Of a stretch of DNA of 64,000 bases, positions 63,425 to 64,000 are shown piece by piece. The DNA comes from Eledone cirrhosa. Lineage: Eukaryota. Positions within the stretch are counted from its first letter, which is position 1; each line of letters starts with the position of its first letter. The notes under the pieces are model-generated. The model had not been told where the DNA came from. It searched no databases and was given only the letters and a program-made list of their open reading frames with translations. Both the position numbers and the translations under genes were made by a program. The stretch is from NCBI GenBank assembly GCA_964016885.1, contig OZ024740.1:16988001-17052000 (forward strand), read 5' to 3'.

Positions 63425-64000
63425 ATAAGAGAGTATTGAAGTTTGCTTGAAGCATTGTGGAATAATAGGTAAATATCTTTAAGTCGTTTGGAAGCCTCAA
63501 CAATGCAAATGGGTAAATCTCCGGGTAACAAGATCCGGTGGTGGAGAGAGAGATGTAAGTGGGTGTACGTTGAGATGCGTGGTGTATATAAGACGTGTAG
63601 AGGAATAAAGGAAAGAGTATAAAGGATAAAATAAAAAAAATAAGAACACGAGAGATTTAATTGTCCCTATATATTTCGGATTCACATCCATCAACTGGGT
63701 TTTTTTCCGGGGTGGGGGAAAAGTTGTCTGTCGGAAAGGTGCGAAACGCGTCCTCCGCTGTTTGTTGTTTTGAATATCTGAGGTATTCAGCAGAGCGCGC
63801 GTGCGCGTGAAATGGGGTCGGTCGGGCAGAGGTCAGTGGCCGAATGTGGGAGTGGGGTGGTGCTAGCTGTTCGGATTCCTTGACCAAACATACCAACAAA
63901 CCTCGGGATTGCCCATGGGATCAAGCCTGTCGGGTGTGCTAGCGGTCTCTTACATGGACAACCTCGAGCGCAAGGCACTCAACGCCTGCCACCCCAACAC
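63425..64000 (+). mobile_element. Penelope-like element: inverted pLTR (63425-~63865) followed by a 5'-truncated RT running off the window
   Basis: 63870-64000 translates FGFLDQTYQQTSGLPMGSSLSGVLAVSYMDNLE, the PLE RT motif QxxGxPMGS. The ORF track does not list it. Confidence 0.85.

Overview
Repeat-saturated eukaryotic non-genic DNA. It is probably from an octopus or other cephalopod, inferred from the Deu/Nin-type tRNA SINE and dense (TA)n/(CA)n/(TTA)n microsatellites. No intact ordinary host gene is seen. Contents: a deleted Gypsy (CsRn1-like) element; a full-length decayed Gypsy-type LTR element with a 5-bp TSD and a -1 frameshift signal; a head-to-tail cluster of Tx1-clade LINEs at (TTA)n; RTE fragments; two or three non-autonomous Helitrons; about 11 SINE copies; and four Penelope-like (PLE) coding fragments. 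The main structure not explained by the ORF track is a set of many short fold-back or partly tandem elements at (TA)n tracts. They carry type I hammerhead ribozyme (HHR) motifs of at least seven sequence families, including U3-A8 compensated cores, a CAGUUGA variant core and a 173-nt cleavage-site-to-cleavage-site monomer, and two of the families are physically linked to PLE ORFs. Two other leads: conserved splice-donor/acceptor-like signals bracket Tx1 ORF2, and a spliced SGNH-hydrolase gene lies convergent with a BACK-domain-like ORF. All structures were read by eye; no folding, alignment or database search was run, and some boundaries are approximate.
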